In this document: one piece after another, positions 51,066 to 62,533 of the stretch
Layout of the letters: every line of letters begins with the position of its first letter
Numbering within the stretch: the first letter of the stretch is position 1
Source of the DNA: Podarcis gaigeae
Taxonomy: Eukaryota
NCBI GenBank assembly: GCA_964106915.2
Contig: OZ066924.1
Reading direction: 5' to 3' (one strand)
Length of the DNA stretch: 64,000 nucleotides
Position numbers and translations under genes: made by a program
Notes under the pieces: model-generated
The model's database searches: none
Told to the model about the DNA's origin: nothing
The model's input: the letters and a program-made list of their open reading frames with translations, nothing else

Positions 51066-51229
51066 GGTACATCAGGCAGCACTTCGGCTTGGTTCTGCTT
51101 ATCACCATTTAGCATCAGTAATGCCCTTTGAGACTTAGGGCAAGGCCATTGCCCTATTTTCCTTTTCTTTGCTTTGTGTATCCTTGGCTCACACAACCCA
51201 ACTTGTAAAGCAGGCAGATAGGAACAAAC
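51066..51229 (-). CDS. SLF1: SLF1 exon
   Basis: VCSYLPALQVGLCEPRIHKAKKRKIGQWPCPKSQRALLMLNGDKQNQAEVLPDV(P); CAG acceptor, GTAAGT donor; 164 nt, phase 0-2. Confidence 0.93.
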
Positions 51230-52218
51230 CTGTTGCAAGAGTCAAACTTTAGTCCAGCTATGTTAAATATGACATCTGGTAATTAGCAACGCTAACAGTT
51301 CCCTCCAGATCTTTATTGCATTTAAAGCTTATCTTCCAGATTATCATACCTAGGCTTCACAAAAGCCTTTTAAAGTAAAGCTTATGGTGTGAAACTCTTA
51401 AGGACCCAGATAGTTTCTCACACCCCTATGCAGGTTATGTTGTTAGGGTGCTGCTGGGGACTTGAATTGCTCTTCTCACACATATTTTGGCTTTTGAGTG
51501 GTTTGCTGTATTGTGGGCTACTGCGCTTCAGGGTTCAAGTACATGCTCGAAAGTAGCATCCATGTGTTGGAATTGGGAAAAATATGCTGCACTACAGCAG
51601 AAGGCAATTTGCCATGGGGAATGAGAGTAAGATGCACTGGGCTGGATCTAATGTTGCACCAGCGGAAGTCTGGTTTGTAATGTTTACCATTAAGTCCTGC
51701 AACACTAGTACCCGATCTCTGTTGATTGGAAAGAAGCAAAAATTCCCAACAGGAACAGATGAAATATAGATATGTATAAAATTAGGGGGGCAGGAAGAGA
51801 GGTTGAAGCAAGACAGTTAGGGGTATCCTGACATTGAGGAACAGAGGAGCCGGAAGGAAAACTTGCGAAGTCATTTCTAGAGTCCTTTAGAACCCTCCCC
51901 CAATCCCAGAACAATACCAGCTGTCTAGTTGATATCATGGTTTGATACCTGACATCATGGTTGGAATAGCTCAAACATCAGTTTCCCAGTTCAGTTGCCA
52001 CAAGAAAATTGGTTTAACAAACCAGTAAGTATTGAGTTAATGTGTATGAGGGGGAGGGATGGAGGAAAGAAGGTCAGAGAGGAGGATGAAGCATGCAGGC
52101 ACATAGTTAATTCCTGGTGCAAAAATGAATGGTTTATTGGACCAAGATCATTGCATCTGATCTAGGCCAGAATGTTTTTGCATTAAGAAAGATATTACTT
52201 AGTACAAATGACACTTAC

Positions 52219-52364
52219 CATTTTTTGGAGAGACAGCAATTCAGTAGAAACAACAGCATTGGTTTGGAATGGCAAGTTTTTAAAAACTGCTTCTGCAACA
52301 AACATTTCAAGCCACAGAGATGTTATAGAAGAAATGAATGTTTTTAATTCCTGTGATGAGAAAT
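52219..52364 (-). CDS. SLF1: SLF1 exon
   Basis: (D)FSSQELKTFISSITSLWLEMFVAEAVFKNLPFQTNAVVSTELLSLQKM; cttttcttcAG acceptor, GTAAGT donor; 146 nt, phase 1-0. Confidence 0.94.
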
Positions 52365-53607
52365 CTGAAGAAAAGGGAGACAGTAAGAAAGTGTTAGGGA
52401 GTACAGAGAATATTATTGCTGCATTTTTGTCCTTTAATTGCTATTCCTAAATTGTTAGAATTACTAAACCAGCTGTAGAATTGCTTGCCAAATTCTAGAA
52501 ACAGAAAGATGCAGCACTCCCAACAGATAACTGCCCAGCTTCTAGAGATGGAGAGCTACTTCTTTTAGTTCTTCTGTCAGACTATTCTTAGTGTCAAGCT
52601 TATCCCAATGTTCAATTGAAATCTATGCTCCTGTAAATTGAACCCAGGGAACCTAGTCTTCCCACCTGTGGCAGCAGAGAACTGGACATAGTACTCCAGA
52701 TATCAAATTGAAGAAAACACATTATGCAGTAGCTAAGAGGAACAGGTTTGCAAAGCTGAAGTACTTAAAATATAAGGTAAATTCCATTTTAAAATAGTAT
52801 GTAAAATCCATGCTTGCTTGCATGGATTTGGGTTTTTTTTAATGGAGAGATTTTTGTTCATGAAAGTTACAATACAAGAAACTTTAAAATCTGTACTAGG
52901 ACAGAGATTTTATACTGCCAGCATGCTTGTGGATACCCAAACTTTACATTTTAGCAATCAGGCTCTAATATGAATTATATAATCTGTTTAGGTGAAATAT
53001 ACAATTAGTTGTTTACAGTAACTCCCTACACTACTACTCTTGGCAATGCAGATAGTGAATGCACAATTTTGTGTCCCCATTTGCAAAATGACAATGGAAT
53101 ATATGGAAGTTTGCCTGTATAGCTCTGGGCACTCTCACGTCCTCTTCCACCAATTGCTTATGATTTACAAACATGAGGTGCTTGATTTATTTATGGAAAC
53201 ACCCTAATCATTATTATTACCATCAACATTATTATTTGTTATCTAGCAAACATTAACAATAATTACACTTTCTATGCATAAGTAGTGCTGTAAGATTACA
53301 GTGCAGAACCAGAACCAGTGGCCTATTAAAAAAAAAGAAGAAGAGGAGGCAAGGGAAGTAAGCTGGTAGTTAAAAATGCCAGCTAAAGTATTCTGACATG
53401 GGAAGAACACCAAGAGAGAGAGAGATAATGAAGACGAGGCAAGGATAAATTCAGGGGTCACAGATGAGGAAGGCTTCACACACTGAGTTGGAATAAGTGA
53501 TGAAATAAGCAGCCAAATATTCCAACTACAGTATTCTGGTTTAGATACAGAGAACTGAAGAGTTTCTTCACTACGCATGTGTATGACAAAATATATTACA
53601 ATCTTAC

Positions 53608-53755
53608 CATTACATGAAATGGCAATATAAGATGCAAGATCAGCAGCTACAGGATGTAACATATTTTTGTCTATTAGGAACCCTGAAAGAATCCAGTATT
53701 CGACCACAACTCCCAGAATTCTGTTCAACAGGTCAGCTACTTCATGCTTGATGAT
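53608..53755 (-). CDS. SLF1: SLF1 exon
   Basis: IIKHEVADLLNRILGVVVEYWILSGFLIDKNMLHPVAADLASYIAISCN; ctcttctAG acceptor, GTAAGA donor; 148 nt, phase 0-1. Confidence 0.94.
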
Positions 53756-54566
53756 CTAGAAGAGAAGATCACCTTTAAAATCTCTCTATTACTATATTTT
53801 TTCTTAACATAGAAGTCTGTTTCATCCATTTTAAACTGCTCACACAAGTGGTCTACCCTATGAGCATCGTAACTCCAAGAAATTTACCAGGTCTTACTAG
53901 TTTCCTTAATTATACCACAATCTTGCCAGAAGATTATGACTTGTTTTTTCATGTGATTGGGAGCTGAAACATTTAATCTTATTGATCACCAATCTTTATC
54001 CACTAACATTCAAGAAGCACAAATTGCAGTTGCTTGGATTGATGCTTGGATGGAACAGATAATTGCTCTATTCAACATGTTGAGGTCCTGCTACCACGTG
54101 CTGCTAACTTCAACGCCAGGATTGGACCAAGCAACTTACTCTTGAATTCAAATGCCCCCTGCTAAAATATTTCGAGGACAGACTACTCCCCTAGAGGAGC
54201 TAAAATGAAGGCCAAATTAATTAACCCTGCTTATGTTTATTCCAATTAATATATTGTTTCACCATGCTAATCCAAAATAAAACTACAGGCTGATACATAG
54301 GGAGAATTTACATTCTGTGTTTTGTTTGTGAGGCTCTAGTATAGTTGATTATATGGTAGCTTCTAGAATACCTTTCCAATTAACCAGGTCTTCCATATAA
54401 GTATTAAAACAAATGACAATCACCATGCTTCCAGCAGTTGTCATAATTTAACTTTGCAATCCACAAAACCCACCTTTTCATTAAAAAAACATAAGAAACT
54501 GATTCAAATAATTAATTCTTGCATTTAAAACTAGATGGTTCTCTTCAGTGGTTTGACTCATGAGTA

Positions 54567-54678
54567 CAGGCAACTCCTCACACGACTACTAACACGCATG
54601 CCGTTTTTGGTGCTGAAAGGGAGCGGGGGCAGAACAGACTGGAAGGAGCTGACTCATGCAACAGCAGGGATTCCCCTG
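54567..54678. mobile_element. Possible short Tigger-type MITE
   Basis: TA-CAGGCAACTCC...GGGATTCCCCTG-TA: imperfect TIR with TA flanks around a GC-rich interior. Confidence 0.35.
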
Positions 54679-55424
54679 TATAGAAATTGTCAAAAGGGCA
54701 CTGGCTCTGATGCTACAGGAGCTCAGAGTTAAGTAAGCTCCCATCAAGCTATTTCTAATTAAAGATTACAAAGTCTGGCTATGTTGAAATAAATAGCATA
54801 GTGTATGCCTCACTTAATCATGGCTCTGGACATTTTGAACCTTGTCTTAGGCAACTGTTTTCCAGGAACCAAGCTCTCCATTTTGCATATTTTACTTGAA
54901 ACCAGGCGGAACCCTTTTAGATCTATCTTTACTGACACAAAGGGTAAAGAGTCTGTTACTTTGAAGACATATTGGAGATTACAGAAATCTCTTATGACAT
55001 AAGCTGTTAACCAAGATTTTCAGGTATCAGCTTCTCAGATACATCAGTTGTGAGAGAATTTATTTGCATTCATCAGAAGAAATTCACAATTCCAAAGATC
55101 CATTTTCACTAGGATTTTAAACAAATGTCAACCCATGGTTTCAAAACATACTTAAGATGGCATTACTAATCAGTTAAGTGGCAGTGCCAACATAAAGGAG
55201 ATATTCAGCTAAGTCATGCTCAGAGAAGACCCACTGAAATCAATAAACAATAACCTTTAACAATGATTAAGGCCATCTGGGGAACAACAACGCAAAAGTC
55301 TTGTTCTAGGGAGTAGGGAACATATACAGTCGTGGAACATTATTAAGAGTCCTGGGAGAAAGCAGCAAAACACAAAAGACATTATTGGGCTTTCTTTACT
55401 CTTCATAGTTGATAAATCACTCAC

Positions 55425-55584
55425 ATCATCTGTCTTGTACTTCTCTCTATAGGAATTTATGACCCAGTCTACTAGAATATTTATACGTTTTGTGAAAAGC
55501 ACCGATTCACTTCCTAACCAGAATGTTTCCAGAAGAACAGTTTGTGGCATCACTTGTGCTTGCTGTGAATCTTCTTCACACAAA
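55425..55584 (-). CDS. SLF1: SLF1 exon
   Basis: LCEEDSQQAQVMPQTVLLETFWLGSESVLFTKRINILVDWVINSYREKYKTDD; ttttacAG acceptor, GTGAGT donor; 160 nt, phase 2-0. Confidence 0.93.
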
Positions 55585-56398
55585 CTGTAAAAGAAAAATA
55601 ATTCCTAAATCTGTTTTTCTGTTTCGTTACAATGATTACATAACACACAGTATATCTTCTGTTAAAATCTGCAATTTAGCATGTTTTAAATTACAACGGA
55701 ATTCAAACATTGATAGAAATGATGTCTCTAGCTACAATCCAGAGTGATATTCAGGCATGATGAAGTATATTGAACCCCCCCAAACTTGGGGGGGGGGGGG
55801 ACAGTGGATAGAGTTGTATCTACCTAGGTTTTGCTCAGAGAAGACCCACTGAAATTCATAGCCTGAAGTTAGTTGTGCCCATAATTTCAATAGGTTTACT
55901 CTGAGTATGGCTAATCTTGGATACAGCCCATTGTAATGCTAATTTTAAAAAACTGAATTTTTGCACTTTAAGAACAAAGAACCATACCACCACATAAAGG
56001 AAGAGGTTACAAGCCTCAGGCTTTTTGCTGTTACAGTGTAATTTCCAGAATTGTCTCCAGTAAAATCTAAGTATTATGTGCACATTATGAAAAAAGGCTT
56101 TTAATCTAAGCCTGGACTAAGAAAAATCACAGAACTGCAATGTTAAACACTTACACACTTAAGCACGTGTGTGTGTGTATGTAAATTAAAGAACTAATGT
56201 GTAAAAGCAATTTTTGAAAAAAGTTTAGAAACATATTTGGCCATTTACCTAGAATCAGAATAGCTTTCTTAAAAACTGACATAAAAGTACAGGAAAAGTA
56301 ATCAAGTGGGTAGTACAATGTACTTTGGGCACAACTTGTTGGTAAGATACAAAAATGGGTTAGAAATTAAAAAGATAAAAACATTCATTGAAACACAC

Positions 56399-56536
56399 CT
56401 TCTTGTTAATGCTATTACTTCATCTTGGAACACATTCATAAGAAACATTAAGAGTGTTTTGTGAAACATTCTTGCCTCATCTGTGGTTTCTGTAACAGGG
56501 ACTGAATGACAAATATTACTGCAGTAAAGGCAAGAC
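56399..56536 (-). CDS. SLF1: SLF1 exon
   Basis: SCLYCSNICHSVPVTETTDEARMFHKTLLMFLMNVFQDEVIALTR(S); tttccccaccAG acceptor, GTGTGT donor; 138 nt, phase 2-2. Confidence 0.92.
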
Positions 56537-57689
56537 CTGGTGGGGAAAGCACAAGCAATAGTTAAGGGTCAGATAAATCAGGATATTTTCTGATCTACCT
56601 TTCTGTCCCCACAGCCCAAAGTTCACCAGCTCCACTAAGGTGCCTGTGAGCTCCACACAGTGCTAACCTTTTTTCAGCTCTGGGTGCCAGCAGAAGACCC
56701 GTGTTTCCATAAAGTATCTAGAGGGATGTTTACAGACTGGCTACAGGGACTGACAACTTGCTTTTACTTTAAAAGTGTTGCTATTTTATTTTCTATGCAT
56801 TTGTTATTGTAACCCAACCTGCACTCTTCAGATAGAGGCAGGATATTAAATTTTTAAAAAAACCAACCAAATAAATACACAAATCCCCAGTCAAATAAGG
56901 AATTGTAAACAGAAAGTGTGCTTTGAGCCTGATTCCACTGCTTGGGCTATGCATATGGAGCTTGCAGACAGGAATGATGAAATCCTATTGATTGAGAAAA
57001 CCAAGGGCAGGATTCAGCACTCTGTGCTCCCCTATTCTCTCCAAAGAGCTAATTGTCTGGCTTCCAGCTTTTTACAACAGTCTTCATATATACAGACCGT
57101 ATATGTACATATATGTACATGCTTTGCTTGTAATATATCACTTTAATCGTTAGCTGTTTTAAATGCAAACATTCAAGTTCTGAGGACTTTACAATGAACT
57201 CAAGAAATTCCTCAACCTAAAGAAAAACAGTAAACTTGAAAGTTCTTCACTGCATTTACTGACTTGGATCCAGTCTTGCCTCAGGAATAAATCCACTACA
57301 GTATCTGGAAACTCCTATGGGCAAGAGCAATTTCCTGCAAGTCTTCATTCACCCTGCAGCACCTGAAAACATTCTTGGGAGGGTTGGGAGATCCCCCAGA
57401 AGGGTACAGAGATGTTGCCAAAAACCACTTACTCTGGCTTCTGCACATGGGAATAACCAGTTAGCAGAGGAGTCTCCACTGGATCAAACTCCCCTCTGTG
57501 AATGGGAGAAAGACCTTCCTTTGGAGATAGAGATGCCTAGATCCCATCCATCAATTGCTTTATCTTAATCTTGACGTTCCACATCCAGAATTACATTTCC
57601 ATCAAGTTTTCCACCATTATTGTAGCTAGGCAGATGCCTCTGTGATGCTCACAAGCAGGGCATGGGGGATGATACAGCAATTTGCGATT

Positions 57690-57985
57690 TATAACAGTTT
57701 ATATACTTACTCATCTTTAATCTGACTACGTCACTTTTAAAGCCATCTAATCTAGCAGTCAACATACTGTGTGGCACTGTGTTCCATAAACCAAAATTAA
57801 TTATGCCTTGTGTGAAGTACTTTCTTTTATTTCTCCTGAATCCACTGCCAATCAACCTCATTGCATGACGCTGAGTTCTAGTACTATGAAAGGAAGAAAA
57901 CTTATCTATGTTCACTTTCTCTGCACCATGCGTAATTTTAAAAACCTCAATCTTGCTTTAGTTCATATTTTTTTCTGAACTAAAA
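57690..57985 (-). mobile_element. Old CR1 LINE 3' fragment
   Basis: ORF 57649..57915 reads TRTQRHAMRLIGSGFRRNKRKYFTQGIINFGLWNTVP..LDGFK, the CR1 ORF2 C-terminal motif. Confidence 0.75.
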
Positions 57986-58454
57986 GGCTCAGAAAGCATA
58001 AGCCACTTTAGTCAAAAGTCAAATTAAAATCTTACAAATATGAAATATTTTTTACTTGAATATTTCAAGAGCTTTCTGAGCAACTGATTATACTTATGCT
58101 ATACTGTAGTCCCGTGGGCTTGAGAAGTACTACACCTGAGAGAGTGGTTTGTGAATACATACAAAAAAATTAGGAAAAATAAAAAAATAAAATTCATGTG
58201 ATGCATTTTTCAACCCAATTTTTCAAGGTTGAAAAATGCAGGATAAAACCTCATTTACTTGACATACACTCTGATAATCTGCTGAACAATTCTGACACAG
58301 TGCTCCAACTTAAATCTGTGGAACATTGTGGAAGTGCTCTATAGAGGCATGCTTAAACCCCACTGAAATTAATAGCAAGTAAAATTGCCAATATCCAGAC
58401 AGTTTTATTATCTGGATTGCACCCAAACTTTCCTACCCCCCTTAAAGTAAGATT

Positions 58455-58665
58455 ACTTATTTATTACATCTGTATATCACCTTTATCTTCCAAGGAGCTG
58501 AAGGTAGTGTATATAGTTTTCCTCTTCCCCATTTCATCCTCACAACAACCCAGTATGGTAGGTTAGACTAAGAGATGATAACTTGCCCAAGGTCACCCAG
58601 TGAGCTTCATGACAGAGTGGGGATTTGAACCTTGGTGTCCCAGGTCACAGTCCAACACTCTAACC
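58455..58665 (-). mobile_element. CORE-type (MIR-like) SINE
   Basis: CCTCACAACAACCC..GGTAGGTTAG...ACTTGCCCAAGGTCACCCAGTGAGCTTCATG..GGGATTTGAACC (CORE domain plus reversed B-box). Confidence 0.8.
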
Positions 58666-59077
58666 TGATTGTAAAAAACAACAACCCAAGCCACCTTCCT
58701 TCACTTTTCCCTAATATTGGGGTGGGTATACATGGTTAAGAAATAACATCGTACATATTTCATGAGGAGTTACTTTTTTCATAGTCTATTGTAATTTCAG
58801 TGCCTCATTAAAAAGCACTTAGTTTATAAAACTTTGTTAACATTAACCATAGGTTTAGTATTATGAGCAAACTTGGATTCCCTCCATAACTATGGTTATG
58901 GAATATTTACCATGCACAAGCTATAGAGCCGCAAGTGAACAGCAGCTCTTGTGTCTCCTTTAATGGAAATCAAGGTTTAAGTGACCATTTACTAGATGCA
59001 TCAGCTTTAACTATTGTTTGTTAACCATACTGTAGTTTGTGCAAATCAGGCCACTGTGCAAATCATAGTGGTCTTAC

Positions 59078-59244
59078 CTCACAAGCATCTCTAACAGAGG
59101 CCATGTTCCCCTCATGCAAACGGGACATTGAAGAACTTCCAGGTAGTACGTTAACATAGAAGGTGATTTCCAAGGAGGATCGTGTTGAAGAAGAGCATAC
59201 ATGATATGAAAGAACTGAACAGGAAGTGCAGGGTCTGAATTTTC
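59078..59244 (-). CDS. SLF1: SLF1 exon
   Basis: ENSDPALPVQFFHIMYALLQHDPPWKSPSMLTYYLEVLQCPVCMRGTWPLLEMLV(R); the PPWKSP...QCPxCM motif matches recalled SLF1; 167 nt, phase 0-2, GTAAGA donor. Confidence 0.95.
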
Positions 59245-59580
59245 CTGTAATCAAACATGAACACATCTCATTCTATCACTCTGCTCCAATCTTACACCTG
59301 TTGTTTCTGCCACTGAAATTAACTAGTTTGAGACAAATAAATGGCGTTTTAAAATACATACCACCCTTCAACAATGTTTCCACACTATATATATATATAT
59401 ATATATTTACCACTAAGCCATCTTTCTTTATTGGATCTGCCATTTAAGTAGCATTATAACCCACTTTTTTCTATCATGGAACTCAAAGTGGTGTGTGTAG
59501 ATTTCTCAGGTAATCTTTTACCATTAATCCCAAACCATTAAGAATAATTTACAGTTAAGGACCCCTGACCATTAGGTCCA

Positions 59581-59926
59581 GCCTCTTGGGCTTGCCAATC
59601 AGAAGGCTTGCAGTTCGAATCCCCGCAACAGGGTGAGCTCCCGTTGCTCTGTCCCAGCTCCTGCCAACCTAGCAGTTTGAAAGCACACCAGTGCAAGTAG
59701 ATAAATAAGTACCGCTGCGGCGGGAAGGTAAATGGCATTTCCGTGTGCTCTGGTTTCCATCACGGTGTTCCGTTGTGCCAGAAGCGGTTTAGTCATGCTG
59801 GCCACATGACACAGAAAGCTGTTTGTTGACAAACACCATCTCCCTTGGCCTGAAAGCGAGATGAGCGTTGCAACCCCATAGTTGCCTTTGACTGGACTTA
59901 ACTGTCCAGGGGTCCTTTACCTTTAC
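59581..59926 (+). mobile_element. Sauria SINE lacking its extreme 5' end
   Basis: B-box GTTCGAATCCC; GGTGAGCTCCCGTTGCT..CCTGCCAACCTAGCAGTT; GTGCAAGTAGATAAATA; TAGTCATGCTGGCCACATGAC; ends CCTTTACCTTTA. Confidence 0.92.
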
Positions 59927-59958
59927 ATAGATATATGTCTGTCAGAAGTGACAGAGTT

Positions 59959-60150
59959 CAGTGGTACCTTGGGTTACAAACACTTTGGGTTTGTACTAAC
60001 TTTGCCCCAGGATGAGAACAGAAATCACACGTCAGCGGTGCGGCAGCAGTGGGAGGCCCCATTAGCGAAAGCGCACTTCAGGTTAAGAACGGTTTCGGGT
60101 TAATAACGGACCTCCGGAACGAATTAAGTTAATAACCTAAAGTACCACTG
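59959..60150. mobile_element. MITE, same family as 29551-29792 (internally deleted)
   Basis: CAGTGGTACCT...AGTACCACTG ends; shares GGATGAGAACAGAAAT, GGAGGCCCCATTAGC and GGAACGAATTAAGT with the 29551 copy. Confidence 0.88.
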
Positions 60151-60152
60151 TA

Positions 60153-60353
60153 CACTGGTACCTCACAAGACGAATGCCTCGTAAGACGAATTTCCCTATG
60201 GGCTTGCTTCGCAAGACGAAAACGTCTTGCGAGTTTGTTTCCTTTTTCTTAAAACCGTTAATACCCAGGGAATCCGTGCTTCGCAAGACGAAAAAACTCG
60301 CAGAACGAAAAAACTCGCAGAATGAATTAATTTTGTCTTGCGAGGTACCACTG
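60153..60353. mobile_element. Second Tc1/mariner-pogo MITE family
   Basis: CACTGGTACCTCACAAGAC...GTCTTGCGAGGTACCACTG flanked by TA; internal TCGCAAGACGAA repeats. Confidence 0.88.
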
Positions 60354-61097
60354 TACACAGCTTTTTCTAACATGGAAACAGGGTATATACACTGCAAACA
60401 GGAAAGAATGGCAAGCCAAACCTAGCTGCTGGAATTTGGTTTTGAAGTCAGAACTCAGTGTTCTTGGCCACTAAGTAATCACAGCCAGCTCCAAAACTTT
60501 CAGTTTCTAGGTCTGAGAGTGGCTTGAAAGGTCATGGCACCTCCATTTGCCCTTCAGTGCCATGGCATGGATGTCAGAATTCACAAGGAAAGGGATGCAG
60601 TTGCCTCCTGCTCCTGCAAGTTCCTTATTCACTGCAATGGAAAGTGCCTCCCCAACACAGCCTGCCAAACTGGCTAGCATTTCGATACTACCAGAAAGAT
60701 TCATATAGCAAAATCAGTGTGCGTTGTGTGCTAAACACATTAACTGGGATTTTAGTGTGGTAAATACTAAAAACCATAGCATCAAACTAGGGGGAAAACA
60801 AATGGGAAAATAAGGTTAAAAATAAAAGCAACTGAAAAAGGAAAAACAACTTATCAACCTCTTTTACATTGACATCATACTTCATATCTGACAATAGTAT
60901 TTAGTACCTACATAGTGGTATGAGTAAAATCCTTACAACACCCTTGTAAGGGAAGTCAGTACTGTATTAAGCTAAGTTTGAAGATGAGGTGCTGAAGGCA
61001 CAAACAGTTGGCTAAGGTAAGACAAGAGAAAACAGTGACCCGGCCACTCCTTCTTAGCCACTGCAATGTACCAGTTCTCATAAGCTACCATTCTCAC

Positions 61098-61250
61098 CTG
61101 AAGTATGTGCTCTAAAAGAGAGTGAACAAGTTTAGCAGGAGGAATCAGATCTTTTCCAGATAAAAATTCTGAGATTGCTATAGAAAATAAGTGGTCATCT
61201 AGTAGTTCAAGTATATTGTTGGTTCCTCCAGAACAGCGAGTATTTTTTAC
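61098..61250 (-). CDS. SLF1: SLF1 exon (most 5' exon identified in the window)
   Basis: VKNTRCSGGTNNILELLDDHLFSIAISEFLSGKDLIPPAKLVHSLLEHILQ; ttccctAG acceptor, GTGAGA donor; 153 nt, phase 0-0. Confidence 0.9.
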
Positions 61251-61613
61251 CTAGGGAATGAAAGACTAAGAATTACAAGACTAAGCACTGATCAGATACA
61301 CATAAACATAAGTTAGGGCCGTTTAAAGAAACTCCTAAGTTTGATGGTTAATCGATTAAACTGTATTTGCATATGAATTGAGGCAATTCTAAAGCACAAA
61401 GAAAGCCTTTATTTTTAGAGAATGCACAAAAGTGCCAAACTAGGTATAGTTTTAGAAGTCACATTTCCTCCAGTGTGGCAGAGAAAGAGAAAACAGTTAT
61501 CCATAGTTTTTATACGTATAGATGTATTAAAAACGATTGCTTTTAAACAGTCTGTTGCTTGATTAATTGACACTCTTCTTTGGTCAATCAATTCTTTAAA
61601 AATTGATAAATCC

Positions 61614-62533
61614 CCACTGGGCTGAACTTCACTGCATGTAATGCTCTGAAGGAAAATGTAATGAAAATGATATATAGATGGTACATGACCCCTGTTAAAC
61701 TTGCTAAAATATACCACTTGTCCGAAAATAAATGTTGGAAATGTAAGGAAAATGAAGGAACATTCTTTCACCTCTGGTGGACTTGCCCGAAAGTGAAGGC
61801 CTTCTGGGAAATGATATATAACGAGCTGAAAAAAGTATTTAAGTATACTTTCACTAAGAAACCAGAGGCCTTCCTCCTGGGTATAGTCGGCCAGAAGGTG
61901 TCAAAGAAGGACCGAACATTTTTTATGTATGCTACAACGGCAGCAAGGATACTTATCGCTAAGAACTGGAAAACTCAAGATTTACCCACACTGGAAGAAT
62001 GGCAGATGCAGCTGATGGACTATATGCAATTGGCGGAAATGACCGGCAGAATCCGAGACTTGGGAGAAGAAAAGATTGAAGAAGACTGGAGGAAATTCAA
62101 GATTTATTTACAAAAATATTGTAATTTGGTGGAATGTTAAGAAGGGTGCTTGATTACAAAAAATTGGCCATCACTAATTTGGATTTGAATTGGAAGATAA
62201 GTGAGATTTTAGAAAACAAAAATTGCTGAAGAATTGTTATTTATTATTTATCATTTAAAAGAGCGACTATAAATTACATGATAATTTGCTTGGAAAAATG
62301 TATTTACAATGTAAGTGTGAACGGGAAACGTGAGGAAGTCCAAAAAGGTTTGAAAATTTGTTAAGACAAAAGGAATGTTGTTTATTATTTTTGTATTTTT
62401 TATAAAAAACCCTAATAAATATCTTTATAAAAAAAAAAAAAAACAAACTTTGAAAAGCTGGTGTCATTGGATCAAGTTCATCAGCTTTGTTGAATTAATT
62501 AAACTAATAGTTTTAACTGGGAAAAAAAAAAAA
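61614..62533 (+). mobile_element. 5'-truncated L1-clade LINE (ORF2 C-terminus, 3' UTR, poly(A)) with 3'-transduced segment
   Basis: Open frame 61616-62140 with zinc knuckle CWKC..FFHLWWTCP and AARILIAKNWK. AATAAA at 62414, A15 at 62429-62443, second A-tract from 62522. TSD AAAAATTGATAAATCC at 61598-61613 and 62534-62549. Confidence 0.93.
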
